Source: Desulfovibrio sp. (lineage in GTDB: Bacteria > Desulfobacterota > Desulfovibrionia > Desulfovibrionales > Desulfovibrionaceae). From it: 64,000 bases of DNA. The notes beneath the pieces are model-generated. The model saw only the letters and a program-made list of their open reading frames with translations. It ran no database searches and was not told where the DNA came from. The stretch covers positions 1,083-65,082 of the forward strand of contig JAVBMX010000010.1 of NCBI GenBank assembly GCA_031551885.1. The letters are read 5' to 3'. Below, piece after piece: positions 1 through 9,741 of this stretch. The position numbers and the translations under genes are program-made. Numbering within the stretch: the stretch's first letter is position 1; every line of letters begins with the position of its first letter.

Positions 1-472
1 GTGAAGGTTTTCCGGCGGGTGAGGGGGCTGAGGGAGAGCGGACGGCTGGCGAAGGCGCCGGCTTGGAAGCCGTGCCGGGAGGGGCGGTCGGCGCGCTCTT
101 GGCCGTCCCGGCGGTTGGTTTCACCGGAGGCGCTGCGGGCTTGGCTGTGATGGGCGGTTTGGCCGGCGTAGCGGCCGGTTTGGGAACCGAGGTCTTTTTC
201 GGCGTGGAGGCGGCCGCGGCTTTTGTGGACGCGGGGCGGGCCGACGTCTTGCGGGCGGCGGGCACGGTGGCCGACTTGGACGTCGCGGGCCGCTTGGCGG
301 CCGTTTTCGCCGAAGAGGGGGCGGCTTTTGCCACGTCGGATGTGGCGGACTTCGCCGCCTGCGCCGCCCATGCTTCCATAAAAGGCACGGCCGCGCATAT
401 CGATGCGACGACGCCGATCACGCAGGCGTTCCGAAGCGCCATCCGGTAAAATTTTTCCCATTCGGACCGCAT
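1..472 (-). CDS. Secreted/membrane-anchored protein with Ala/Pro/Lys/Ser/Thr-rich linker (N-terminal part only; runs off the window edge)
   Basis: Hand translation from ATG at 472 with upstream GGAGG: MRSEWEKFYRMALRNACVIGVVASICAAVPFMEAWAAQAAKSATSDVAKAAPSSAKTAAKRP... No stop before base 1, so absent from the ORF track; the + strand ORF 63..449 is its antisense shadow. Confidence 0.7.
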   Translation of the reverse strand, partial: MRSEWEKFYRMALRNACVIGVVASICAAVPFMEAWAAQAAKSATSDVAKAAPSSAKTAAKRPATSKSATVPAARKTSARPASTKAAAASTPKKTSVPKPAATPAKPPITAKPAAPPVKPTAGTAKSAPTAPPGTASKPAPSPAVRSPSAPSPAGKPS

Positions 473-869
473 GCCGCCCCTCCGGTTATGCTGTACGGCC
501 GACCAACAGACTTTTTTAGTTGGAACAAGTCTAGACTTTTTTTTATTCCTCGGCAAGGGGGTTATGCAATGAGAGTATCTTGACGGGGCATTCGGCCGAA
601 ATGCGTCGGCTCGGCATGCACGCAAGCGGACCCGCAAACAGGAAAGCCCCCTGAACCATACCCGCGCGTTGCGGCAACTCCCTTTGAGGGAAACGCCGCG
701 CAAAATTTTTCTGAGGTGTTCGGGCGCGAAACGCCCGAACACGGGTCACTCCGAGACGGGCCGCTCTTCGCGCCTTGTTTCACGGCGGCCGACGTGCGAT
801 ACTCCAACGAACGGCCGGTCGACCGCACAGAGCCGCCGGGCCGCGAAATTTTTCCGGGAGCAACGATAT

Positions 870-2435
870 ATGCCGGCACTCATTATGTTTTTGAACGGTT
901 TGGCCATCATGGTCTTTGAAATGGTCGGGGCCAGATTGTTGGCCCCCTGGCTCGGCACCTCGGTGGTGGTCTGGACCAGCCTGATCGGGGTGATTCTGGC
1001 CGGCCTGAGCCTGGGATATTGGCTGGGCGGAAGATTTGCGGACTCCACCCTCAAAGCCGTTCCGGACAAAAAAAAGAACCGCGAGGAAGCCGACGCCGCG
1101 TTGCGACGGGCCTGGGCCCTGCTTTCCCGGATCCTTCTGGCGGCGGCGGCCTTTGTGGTCTGCGCGGCTCTGCTCCAGGACTCCCTCCTCCCTTACCTGA
1201 GCAAGGCGATTGCCTCCCTGCACATGGCCACCCTGGCCGCCGCGCTGCTGCTGTTCGCCGTGCCGAGCGTCCTGTGCGGCATGGTCTCGCCCTATGTGCT
1301 CCGGATTGCCATCCAAGACAACCCCCGCGCCGGCGGCACCATCGGCGCGCTCACGGCCCTTTCCACCATCGGCAGCATCGTGGGCACCTTTCTGGGCGGT
1401 TTCGTGCTGATTTCCTTTTTCGGCAGCCGGGAAATAACCTTGGGCGTGGCCGTCTGTCTGCTGACGGCGGCCTGCTGCGCCAAGGCCAGGCCCTTGGCTC
1501 CCAAGTTCATGATCGTCGGTCTGATCGTGGCCTGCGCCCTGCTCAGCCGAATTTCCACCATGGCCCAGGCCGAGGCGGGCATTCATATCCGCGAAAGCGC
1601 CTACAACACCATGCGCGTCAGCGGAGGCACCCTGGACGGCCGGCCGACGCGTTTTCTGCTGACCGACCCCGGCAGCAGCCAGTCCGGCATGTACCTGGAT
1701 GAACCCACGGATCTCGCCTTCAGCTATACCCGCTGGTACGCCCTGGCCACCCGCATGCATCCTTCGGCCAAACGCGTGCTGATGCTTGGCGGCGGCGGTT
1801 TTTCCATTCCAAAATGGATTCTCGCGGGAAAGTCCGGGCTTGATCCCGCCGGCGTGCTTATCGACACCGTGGAACTCGACCCCGGCATCACCGGCGTGGC
1901 CCGCGACTTCTTTCAGTTGCCCGTTGAGTCGCCCCATCTGCGCATCCATCACGAAGACGCCCGCATCTTTTTAAACAGGCAAGCGGCGGAGGTGAAGGGC
2001 GACGACGGCCCGTACGATCTCATTTTCGGCGACGTGTTCAACTCCTATTACACGGTTCCCTTTCACATGGGTACCGTGGAGGCGGCGCAGCGCATCCACG
2101 CCCTGCTGGCCAAAGACGGCATCTTTATGATGAACGTGATCGCCGCCGTCGAGGGCGACAACGGCAGACTGCTGCGCGGCATTCACGCGGCCTTTGCCGA
2201 GGTGTTCGACGAGGTCTACATCTTTCCCGTGCAGATGCCGGGCAGGCCCGACATCGTGCAGAACGTCATGCTTCTGGCGTTTCGCACCCCCCGCCCCCTG
2301 CCGGTGGACGACGTCAAACATCCCGAGTTGGCCCGCTTCTGGCCCAACCGGTATACCCATCCCCTGGAAACGGACGTTCCCGCCCTGCGTGACAACTTCG
2401 CTCCCGTGGAACGCTACACGCTGGGGTATCATTAA
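870..2435 (+). CDS. Fused membrane domain / spermidine synthase-like SAM-dependent transferase
   Basis: N-terminal TM block (EMVGARLLAPWLGTSVVVWTSLIGVIL) and C-terminal Rossmann motifs LMLGGGGFS, VELDP, DLIFGDVF, LRDNFAPVE. ATG 870 chosen within ORF 669..2435. Confidence 0.85.
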   Translation: MPALIMFLNGLAIMVFEMVGARLLAPWLGTSVVVWTSLIGVILAGLSLGYWLGGRFADSTLKAVPDKKKNREEADAALRRAWALLSRILLAAAAFVVCAALLQDSLLPYLSKAIASLHMATLAAALLLFAVPSVLCGMVSPYVLRIAIQDNPRAGGTIGALTALSTIGSIVGTFLGGFVLISFFGSREITLGVAVCLLTAACCAKARPLAPKFMIVGLIVACALLSRISTMAQAEAGIHIRESAYNTMRVSGGTLDGRPTRFLLTDPGSSQSGMYLDEPTDLAFSYTRWYALATRMHPSAKRVLMLGGGGFSIPKWILAGKSGLDPAGVLIDTVELDPGITGVARDFFQLPVESPHLRIHHEDARIFLNRQAAEVKGDDGPYDLIFGDVFNSYYTVPFHMGTVEAAQRIHALLAKDGIFMMNVIAAVEGDNGRLLRGIHAAFAEVFDEVYIFPVQMPGRPDIVQNVMLLAFRTPRPLPVDDVKHPELARFWPNRYTHPLETDVPALRDNFAPVERYTLGYH

Positions 2436-2573
2436 ATTCGTCCATCAGGAGACGCGCTATTTTCTAACTCTCTGGCCGGACGGGCAAAAAACGGCTAAGC
2501 AAAAAATGAGGGTTTTTTTTCGTCTCCACTTCCCGACGCGACACCACATCGCCCCCCACCCCGTGAGGCCCGC

Positions 2574-3989
2574 ATGGAAAATCGAATCCTGTCCCCACTT
2601 GAAGCCCGGATCCTGCCCTGGCTGGTGGCCGTGGCCTTTTTCATGGAAACCCTGGACGCGACCATCCTGAACACGGCCCTGCCCGCCATGGCCGAAAGTC
2701 TGGGGAACAACCCTCTGCAGATGCAGGCCGTGGTCATTTCCTATCTGCTCACCGTGGCCCTGCTGATTCCGGCCTCGGGCTGGATAACCGACCGTTTCGG
2801 CATCCGCCCGGTGTTTATCGCGGCCTTTCTCATTTTCGGCCTGGGGTCGCTGTTGTGCGCCCTCTCGCCTTCTCTGCCCTTGATTACCGCAGCTCGGGTG
2901 CTCCAGGGCATCGGCGGATCTCTGCTCGCGCCCGTGGGCAGATTGAGCGTGCTCAAAGCCTACCCGCGAGAAGACCTGGTCGCGGTCTTGAGTTTCATCA
3001 CCATTCCCGGCCTGATCGGGCCGCTGCTCGGCCCCACCTTGGGCGGATTTCTGGTCAAGTATGCCACCTGGCATTGGATTTTCCTGATCAATATTCCCGT
3101 CGGCATCCTCGGCGCGGTTGCGGCCCTGCGCTTTATGCCCAACCTGCCCAAGCCGGAGAAGCCCGAACCGTTCGATCGCTGGGGTTTCGTGCTTTTTGGC
3201 ATCGCGATGATCGCCATCACCATGGCCTTTGAAGGCGTGGGCGAACTGCACCTGGCGATTACCCCCATGGTGCTGCTGTTCTTTTTCGGCCTGACCTGCC
3301 TTATCGTCTACTGCCTGCACGCCCTGCGAGCCCCGCATCCGCTGTTCAGCCCCGAACTGTTCCACACCCGCAACTTCACCGTGGGCATACTCGGCAACCT
3401 GTTCGCCCGGCTGGGAAACGGAGCCATGCCCTTTCTCACCCCCCTGCTGCTGCAGCTGGGCCTTGGGTTTTCTCCCCTGAAGGCCGGTCTGACCATGATC
3501 CCCATGACCATATCCGCCATGCTGGCCAAGCAACTCATTCAGCCCCTGCTCGACAGGCTCGGCTACCGCAAACTGCTGATCGGCAACACCCTGTGCCTCG
3601 GCGCGCTCATCGCCTGCTTTTCCTTCATCGATAAGGAAACGCCCTACCTGGAAATCATCCTTCTGTTCAGCGTCTTCGGCGTGGTCAATTCCATGCAGTT
3701 CACGGCCATGAACACCTTGACCCTGATCGACGTTCCCGGCCGATACGCCGCCGCCGGCAACGGGATGCTCTCGGTGGTCATGCAGGTTTCCATGGGGATG
3801 GGCGTGGCCTGCGCGGCCGCGATCCTTGGAGAGTTTTCCGGGTTGCGCACCGCCGCGCCTCCGCTGGACGTTCTCGACGCCTTCCACAAGACCTACCTGT
3901 GCCTCGGCGTTATGGCGGCAATTTCAGCGGCGATATTCTCGCACGCCCGGCGCATGGACAAAAAAAATCCGGAAGCCCCGGCCCATTAG
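2574..3989 (+). CDS. DHA2 family 14-TM MFS drug efflux transporter (MdtD/HsrA-like)
   Basis: FMETLDATILNTALP motif, GWITDRFGIR, GPLLGPTLGG, WHWIFLINIPVG. Confidence 0.9.
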   Translation: MENRILSPLEARILPWLVAVAFFMETLDATILNTALPAMAESLGNNPLQMQAVVISYLLTVALLIPASGWITDRFGIRPVFIAAFLIFGLGSLLCALSPSLPLITAARVLQGIGGSLLAPVGRLSVLKAYPREDLVAVLSFITIPGLIGPLLGPTLGGFLVKYATWHWIFLINIPVGILGAVAALRFMPNLPKPEKPEPFDRWGFVLFGIAMIAITMAFEGVGELHLAITPMVLLFFFGLTCLIVYCLHALRAPHPLFSPELFHTRNFTVGILGNLFARLGNGAMPFLTPLLLQLGLGFSPLKAGLTMIPMTISAMLAKQLIQPLLDRLGYRKLLIGNTLCLGALIACFSFIDKETPYLEIILLFSVFGVVNSMQFTAMNTLTLIDVPGRYAAAGNGMLSVVMQVSMGMGVACAAAILGEFSGLRTAAPPLDVLDAFHKTYLCLGVMAAISAAIFSHARRMDKKNPEAPAH

Positions 3990-4093
3990 CCCCCCATTAA
4001 GCCGGGAGACTCAAACAGGGCTGCATAGGTTTACCGGCCGGAAACTCCCGCAATGTGACAAGGTCGTCTTGCAACAACGCGTACGGCATCCCA

Positions 4094-4157
4094 ATCCCCC
4101 TTGGCAGGGGATTGAATCCCCCTGTCCCCCACTGTCGGCAAACCCGTGCTTTGCACG
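4094..4157. repeat. Composite palindromic repeat: GGGGATTGAATCCCC hairpin plus partial family-B element
   Basis: AGGGGATTGAATCCCC is shared with 59003..59018. CCCCTGTCCCCCACTGTCGGCAAACCCGTGCTTTGCACG matches the reverse complement of the copy at 51758..51822. Confidence 0.7.
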
Positions 4158-4379
4158 CCCGCGAAAACACCCCACCTCTTCAGGAATGCCTCCGCTTCAG
4201 GCGGCATCTTTCCTCGTTCCATGCGTTCCCCGCGCGGCGACTACCAACGATGCGCCCATGCGCCGCTTCGCTTACGCCTCCAGAGACAACCGAGGCTCCG
4301 GCCCTCGTTCTTGCCTTCTCCGCCCGGCCACTATACTATAATGCCAATATTCACCCCGGCGATTTAGGGAAGTACCCGC

Positions 4380-6500
4380 ATGCTCATCCGCTGCCCTCAC
4401 TGCGAATACGCGCGCACCATAAGCGCGACCAAAATTCCCAACACGGCGGAAGTGGCCACCTGCCCCAAGTGCAAGTCCCGCTTCCGTTTCCGTACGCTCG
4501 ATCCGGATGAGAAGCCTACCCACACGCCGCCGGAGGCCCCCAAAGAAAAAGCTCCGGCCGATATCTGGGAAGCGGTGGACGCCCTTTCACGCTCTCTGCC
4601 ACCGCCGGCAGGCAAGGGGCAAGCTGCTCCCGACAACAATCGCGGGCGGAAGCGCGATGCCGGCAGGGAAGCGCCGATCCGCGAACCTCAGCGCAGGCGC
4701 AGCGATTACCCCGACTACCAACCCGAGCAATCCGGAGAACCGAAGCGCAGATGCGGCGACACACCCGCGCCCGGAACGCCGAGACGCCGCCGGGAAGACC
4801 AGCCCGCCCCTGCCGAAGGTCCGAGACGCCGGCGGGATGATTGGGTTCCCCCTGCCGAACCGACCGGGTACCAAAACGAAAATCGTTTTTCCACCGCGCG
4901 GGACCCGGATCCCGCCCCGGACCATGAGGCGTCCGCCTTTTCCGACGAAGCGCGTCCTGCGCGTGAAGACCATCCCGCGCAGGACGCCGAGCCGAGACGC
5001 CGTCACGACGATCCGATCGAATTGGCCGACGAGTCGCGGCGCAGACGTGAAGAAGAACGCGCGACCCGCCGCGCGGCCGAACAGGGACCCAACCTGTTGG
5101 CCAAAGGCGCGACGGCGGCCGCAGCAGCCGTCAAAGCTCCCCTGGCCTGGGCCATACGCAAATTTACCCAGCCCCCGGCGGAATCCGCCGCGGAACCCGT
5201 CGAGGACGCGCCGCACCAGCGACATAGGCCACTCGAAGTCGAACGCGGCAGCGAATACATGCCCGCCGGCGTCGAACCTGCCGCACAGCCTTCCGCCGTC
5301 ATTCCCGCCGAATCTGCGGAACCGGAAGCGCTGATCGTGACGCGAATGCCCCTCGCTCCACCGGTGGCCGACCCGGCCCCCTTTGAGGCGGAACAGGCCG
5401 GTCCGAGCTGGGAGCCCCAAGAGCAGGCCGCCCCGTCCATGCCCCACACCGAGGCGAAGCCCGCCGCGCATAAGGCTGTGGAGGAGCCGACCGAAAGCGA
5501 AGAACAGCCTTTGGCGGAAGAATCCACGCAAACCCACGCCGAAGCCGAGGAACAGCCGGCGGCACGGGAGGCCCAACCGACCGAAGAAGCTGAAAAAGCC
5601 GAAGCGGCCGAGATGGAGGAGATTGGCGAGAGTCGGGCAGCCGAAACAGCGACCGAAACCGAGGAGCGGCTCCTCGAGTCGGAGGCCGCTCAAGCCCAGG
5701 ACCCCGGTGTTCTCCCCCAAGCCTTGGGGATTCCCAGGGGACGGGCGACCCCTCCGGCATCCTCCGCCGGCCCCGCCGTGTTTCCTTACTCCGCCGACGA
5801 CACCGCTTCCCCCGAAGAACGAGTTGCCCGCGATATGCTCCTTCTGCGCGAAGAGGGGGAACGCCCCACCCGCGATCTGGGCCATATCGACCAGTGGGCG
5901 CACGACGCTGACGGCGATCCGGAGGGGTACACCGACATTCCCTGGGAAAACCAGGAAGCGCACGGACGTTTCGGCGGCTTTGTCGCCACCGTGCGGGGGA
6001 TGCTCCTGCGCCCGACATCCTTTTTCTCCGGCATGCCCGCTTACGGGTCCCTTGCTCCGGCCTACCTGTTTTTCATCATTCAGTCGTATATCGCCCTGCT
6101 GTGTACGCTGCTGTGGCGGCTGGCCGTTTCCACCGCGCTCAACGACGCCGATCTGTTCCCCCCCACCCGACTGGGGTTGCCCATTTTGCTGCTGCTCACC
6201 CCGCTGTTCATGGGCCTTATGCTTATGTTCTGCACGGGGGTCATCAGAACCTTCCTGCGAATCATGGCTCCGGAGCAGGCGGACTTCCCCGCCGCGTTCA
6301 AAGTCATCTGCTACGCGTCGTCGGCGTTCGTCTTCTGCGTCATTCCCCTCCTCGGCCCGGCGGTCGGATGGGTCTGGTTCGCCACCACGATGGTCTGCGG
6401 TTTTCGTAACGCCCTCGGCCTTTCCTGGTCCATGGCGGGCCTGACCGCGCTGCTGCCGGCGGTGCTGCTGCCCGGTTCCATGGCCGCGCTTTTCTTCTGA
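4380..6500 (+). CDS. Zinc-ribbon / long disordered linker / Yip1-like membrane protein
   Basis: N-terminal CPHC...CPKC ribbon, ~450 aa acidic/Arg-rich low-complexity linker, C-terminal IPWE...P..FF followed by about five TM helices (Yip1-like). Confidence 0.8.
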   Translation: MLIRCPHCEYARTISATKIPNTAEVATCPKCKSRFRFRTLDPDEKPTHTPPEAPKEKAPADIWEAVDALSRSLPPPAGKGQAAPDNNRGRKRDAGREAPIREPQRRRSDYPDYQPEQSGEPKRRCGDTPAPGTPRRRREDQPAPAEGPRRRRDDWVPPAEPTGYQNENRFSTARDPDPAPDHEASAFSDEARPAREDHPAQDAEPRRRHDDPIELADESRRRREEERATRRAAEQGPNLLAKGATAAAAAVKAPLAWAIRKFTQPPAESAAEPVEDAPHQRHRPLEVERGSEYMPAGVEPAAQPSAVIPAESAEPEALIVTRMPLAPPVADPAPFEAEQAGPSWEPQEQAAPSMPHTEAKPAAHKAVEEPTESEEQPLAEESTQTHAEAEEQPAAREAQPTEEAEKAEAAEMEEIGESRAAETATETEERLLESEAAQAQDPGVLPQALGIPRGRATPPASSAGPAVFPYSADDTASPEERVARDMLLLREEGERPTRDLGHIDQWAHDADGDPEGYTDIPWENQEAHGRFGGFVATVRGMLLRPTSFFSGMPAYGSLAPAYLFFIIQSYIALLCTLLWRLAVSTALNDADLFPPTRLGLPILLLLTPLFMGLMLMFCTGVIRTFLRIMAPEQADFPAAFKVICYASSAFVFCVIPLLGPAVGWVWFATTMVCGFRNALGLSWSMAGLTALLPAVLLPGSMAALFF

Positions 6501-6524
6501 CGCGAATCCCCCTCACCCGTACCC

Positions 6525-6558
6525 CGCGCCGCCGGCCTGTCCGACGGCGCGTTTTTTT
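6525..6558 (+). terminator. Rho-independent terminator
   Basis: CGCGCCGCCGG / CCGACGGCGCG stem followed by T7, just after the stop at 6500. Confidence 0.7.
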
Positions 6559-6606
6559 GTCGGCGCACTTCGTAAGACCCACCAACCTTTCCGCTGTGTT
6601 TTCACA

Positions 6607-6734
6607 TAGGGTATCTTCACTTTGAAAATGTTTGTGAAACCATAGTTCAAAAGACTTCCGAACGAACCCGCAAGCGAGTGTCAGCTTACGCTGCCACTGG
6701 AGCAAATCAACTTTTCAAAGTTGATTTGCTCCAG
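6607..6734. mobile_element. MITE-like element, family D (copy 1)
   Basis: Internal CTTCCGAACGA.CCCGCAAGC..GTGTC.GCTTACGC is shared with 9582..9711. Ends resemble (C)TAGAGCA...TTGAAA TIRs; the right end is a near-perfect palindrome CTGGAGCAAATCAACTT-TTC-AAAGTTGATTTGCTCCAG. Confidence 0.7.
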
Positions 6735-6870
6735 CCATCAAAAAACCGGCCGGCTCCCCGCTCCACCTATTGGCGTTTTTTTTGCAAAGACTCTTCGCGG
6801 GCCTTCCGAAACGGCACTTTTTTGACGTCGTTCTTGCGAAAGGTTCGATCTTCATCGCCAAGAGGTTGCC

Positions 6871-7638
6871 ATGCAGCGTTTCCTGCTTCTTCTCTTCCTT
6901 GTGCTCGTGAGCGGCTGCGCCACGGGGCGAGGCGTCGACGAGTACGTGGAGTTCAGCCCCGCGACCAAGTCAAAAATCTACCGCGACCAATGGGTGCACC
7001 GCTCGCCGCCGGAAGTGCACGTCCGCCCGGCGCACGCGGCCGGAAGCTCCTACAAGGTCCTGTTCATCCCGTTTCGGGTGACCCAGCCCTCAGCCGATCC
7101 CAACATCATGGGCTACACCGTGGCTCGGGTGGTCTGGCAAACGTGGCTCTCCATGCAATTGTTCCCGGCCATGGAATTTTCCGGCGAACCCACCCCTTAC
7201 CGCCGGGATCTCGCCGTGGCCTTGGCCCGGCAACGCGGCGCGGACATCGTGGTGGGCGGTTTCGTCACCTACCTCTACGCCGGCGGAACGGCGGGGGATT
7301 CCCAACTCGCCTTGCAAATTGAAGCTCTTGACGCCAACTCCGGGCAAGTGATTTGGTCCTTTGCCCAAAGCGGTCTTATGCCCGCCTCGCGCACGCAGGA
7401 TTATTTTTTGTTCTCGGTCAAAACCCGCCTGCCCTCCGATCCCATCCAGGCCATCGCCAGAGCCATCGCCGGCGACACGGGAACGGTCATTCAGGACTGG
7501 CTCAGCGAACCCACGCCGGAATCGCAAACACAACGTCTTGACCGCCAAACCCGCGACGCCCTCTTTTCTCCGCCCGACCCGGTGCCGGCCCCTCGTGTCG
7601 CGCCGCAAGTTCCGGTACGCGACGACCGAGCTTTCTAG
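6871..7638 (+). CDS. Conserved hypothetical lipoprotein
   Basis: Signal peptide with lipobox LVSG-C; alpha/beta body. Confidence 0.8.
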   Translation: MQRFLLLLFLVLVSGCATGRGVDEYVEFSPATKSKIYRDQWVHRSPPEVHVRPAHAAGSSYKVLFIPFRVTQPSADPNIMGYTVARVVWQTWLSMQLFPAMEFSGEPTPYRRDLAVALARQRGADIVVGGFVTYLYAGGTAGDSQLALQIEALDANSGQVIWSFAQSGLMPASRTQDYFLFSVKTRLPSDPIQAIARAIAGDTGTVIQDWLSEPTPESQTQRLDRQTRDALFSPPDPVPAPRVAPQVPVRDDRAF

Positions 7639-7792
7639 AACAGGACCATATTGATTTGGGGTGGGGCCATCGCGCCCAAACCCGACGGTTGCGCACACCG
7701 AGCGTTCACAGCCTGTTCGTACTTTATTCAACAGTTTTCGCTGGTTGGTTGAGTTGCGCACAATGTTCCAAATCGACACAGCGCCTTGGGAA

Positions 7793-7830
7793 CAAAAATA
7801 AACCGCCCTTTTAGGGGCGGTTTATTTTTG
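7793..7830. terminator. Bidirectional terminator
   Basis: CAAAAATAAACCGCCC...GGGCGGTTTATTTTTG inverted repeat between convergent genes. Confidence 0.8.
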
Positions 7831-7911
7831 CGCGTGAGCCGGGATTGCAGACGGCTTCATGCGTTCGCTTCAATCAAAGATCCGGGCCGCCCACAGGACG
7901 ACCCGGATCTT

Positions 7912-7951
7912 AAAAAGCCGACGGGGCACCTCAAAGCGCCCCGTCGAAAAA
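7912..7951 (-). terminator. rpsT terminator
   Basis: CGACGGGGC/GCCCCGTCG stem flanked by A/T tracts, 14 nt past the rpsT stop. Confidence 0.7.
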
Positions 7952-7964
7952 CACTCAGCGTGCT

Positions 7965-8237
7965 TTATTCGGCAGCTTTGGCCGCGTTCACGGCCTTGGT
8001 CAGCCGGGAAACTTTGCGGGCGGCATTTTTCCAATGGATCACGCCTTTACCGGCGGTTTTATCCAGAACGGAAACGGCCGCGGCCAGAGCTTCGGAAGCT
8101 TTGGCGGGGTTGTTTTCCAAAAGAGCCGAGCGCACGGACTTGACCACGTTTTTCACGCGGGTACGGGCGGCACGGTTGCGGGCGGCCTTCTTCAGGCTCT
8201 GCTTATGACGCTTGAGGGCGGATTTGTGGTTGGCCAA
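7965..8237 (-). CDS. rpsT: 30S ribosomal protein S20
   Basis: [14 protein letters not shown]...[13 protein letters not shown]; TTG start with GGAGG RBS. Confidence 0.97.
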   Translation of the reverse strand: MANHKSALKRHKQSLKKAARNRAARTRVKNVVKSVRSALLENNPAKASEALAAAVSVLDKTAGKGVIHWKNAARKVSRLTKAVNAAKAAE

Positions 8238-8484
8238 GGGATTCCTCCGAATCTTTTCCGAACGTTTTCAATAAATTACGGCTTTACATCCGCCCTGGGC
8301 GAAAGGCTGCCGGATGAATGTCAAGCGCCTTGTGTAGTCTTTTAGGGAGTCACTGTCAATAGAAAAGACCAAGACCACGGTTCCATTTAAAAAGAGCCGC
8401 AAGCGCCGCCCCGCCGGGGATCGCGGCCAAGCATGCCGCAGACGCTTTCCTAAAATCTCCGGCGGGCGGGTCCGCCCAAACATC

Positions 8485-8519
8485 GGAAAAGGGGAGGTCA
8501 AAGCGACCTCCCCTTTTCC
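8485..8519 (-). terminator. adk terminator
   Basis: GGAAAAGGGGAGGTC-AAAGC-GACCTCCCCTTTTCC perfect inverted repeat downstream of adk. Confidence 0.8.
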
Positions 8520-8565
8520 CGTTATGCTTCAAGGAACAGGAGAGCAATTTCAAGGTTTCTTTGAT

Positions 8566-9237
8566 CTAAGCAAGCTGGGCGAGCAGCGTGTCTTTGATCG
8601 AATCGATACTGCCTTCGCCGTTCAGCTCAATATATTTGGTCTTTCCCTTGGCGGCGAGATCTTTATAGAAGTACGCGGCGGCCAGGGTACCGGTCTTGGT
8701 GTCGTAGTAAATATCATGGCGCTTGTTGATGGCGGCCTCGTCCTGGTCGTCACCGCGGCAGGAAAGGTCGCCGCCGCAGACGCGACATCTGTCGCCGCAC
8801 GGCACGATCATATCAATGAAGATGTTGTTGGGGTGGTTGTTGTCGTTCGCGCACAGCCGCCGACCCATGATCCGGTTTTTGGCGATTTCGCGCGGCAGCA
8901 AAATTTCGATCGTATAGTCCAGCTTCATGTCTGCGGCCTGGAGGGCGTCCCACAGTTTCTGGGCCTGAACCATGTTGCGGGGAAAGCCGTCAAGCAGCCA
9001 GCCGTTGGAACCTTTGGTCTTCAGGGTTTCCAGAACCATGGGGATGGTGATGTCGTCCGGCACCAGATCGCCGCGATCAATGTATTCCTTGGCCTTTTTG
9101 CCGAGTTCGGTGCCGCCGCCGATGTGCTCGCGGAAAATGGCGCCCGACTCGATGTGAGCCAGACTGTACTTCTGCTTCACCAGAGCCCCTTGGGTGCCCT
9201 TGCCGCTGCCGTTGGGGCCGAAAATAAGAATATTCAC
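8566..9237 (-). CDS. adk: Adenylate kinase (Desulfovibrio-type metal-binding LID)
   Basis: P-loop GPNGSGKGTQ, LLDGFPR, LID C-X5-H-X15-C-X2-C; GTG start. Confidence 0.97.
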   Translation of the reverse strand: MNILIFGPNGSGKGTQGALVKQKYSLAHIESGAIFREHIGGGTELGKKAKEYIDRGDLVPDDITIPMVLETLKTKGSNGWLLDGFPRNMVQAQKLWDALQAADMKLDYTIEILLPREIAKNRIMGRRLCANDNNHPNNIFIDMIVPCGDRCRVCGGDLSCRGDDQDEAAINKRHDIYYDTKTGTLAAAYFYKDLAAKGKTKYIELNGEGSIDSIKDTLLAQLA

Positions 9238-9581
9238 GCGACGTCCTCCTCGTTAAATTGTTCACAAGCCATTAGCGCGAGCGGGCGGACCTGTCAATGC
9301 CGCAAGCCGGGATACTCCTCAGCGCTTCGCGCAGGCCTTCTCCGACCAATTCGGCATCGCGCAGAACACCGATAAAACAGAGGGATTCCCCATTGCGCGA
9401 TCACGGTCGTTGCGCGATCACCTCGCGAATCAGGTAAAGAGGCGCCTCTCGGCGCTTCTTCGCTCTTCCCAGGCACTGCGGGCCTCGTCCGTTTGCGCGA
9501 AGCACACGTACCGGGCAAACTATTATATACACCACGCATACCGCCGCCCAGGAATTATTTTCTTCCCGAACGCTTTCTTTT

Positions 9582-9711
9582 TAGAGCAATTTCACTTTGA
9601 AATTGTCTATGGAACCATATTGCCGACAGGCTTCCGAACGAGCCCGCAAGCTGGTGTCCGCTTACGCGTCCACCAGCGCGGATGAACATTTTCAATGTCA
9701 ATCTGCTCTAG
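9582..9711. mobile_element. MITE-like element, family D (copy 2)
   Basis: TIRs TAGAGCAATTTCACTTTGAAATTG ... CATTTTCAATGTCAATCTGCTCTAG; internal homology to 6607..6734; no ORF. Confidence 0.75.
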
Positions 9712-9741
9712 AGGTATCGGGCGGCGATGTGGCGAGAGCCC

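Noticed and set aside
670-860. Hairpin-rich leader (e.g. GTGTTCGGGCG-CGAAA-CGCCCGAACAC) as a SAM or polyamine riboswitch for the spermidine-synthase-like gene
   Set aside because: No SAM-I/II/IV or other riboswitch consensus is recognisable; it is more likely generic palindromic intergenic DNA.
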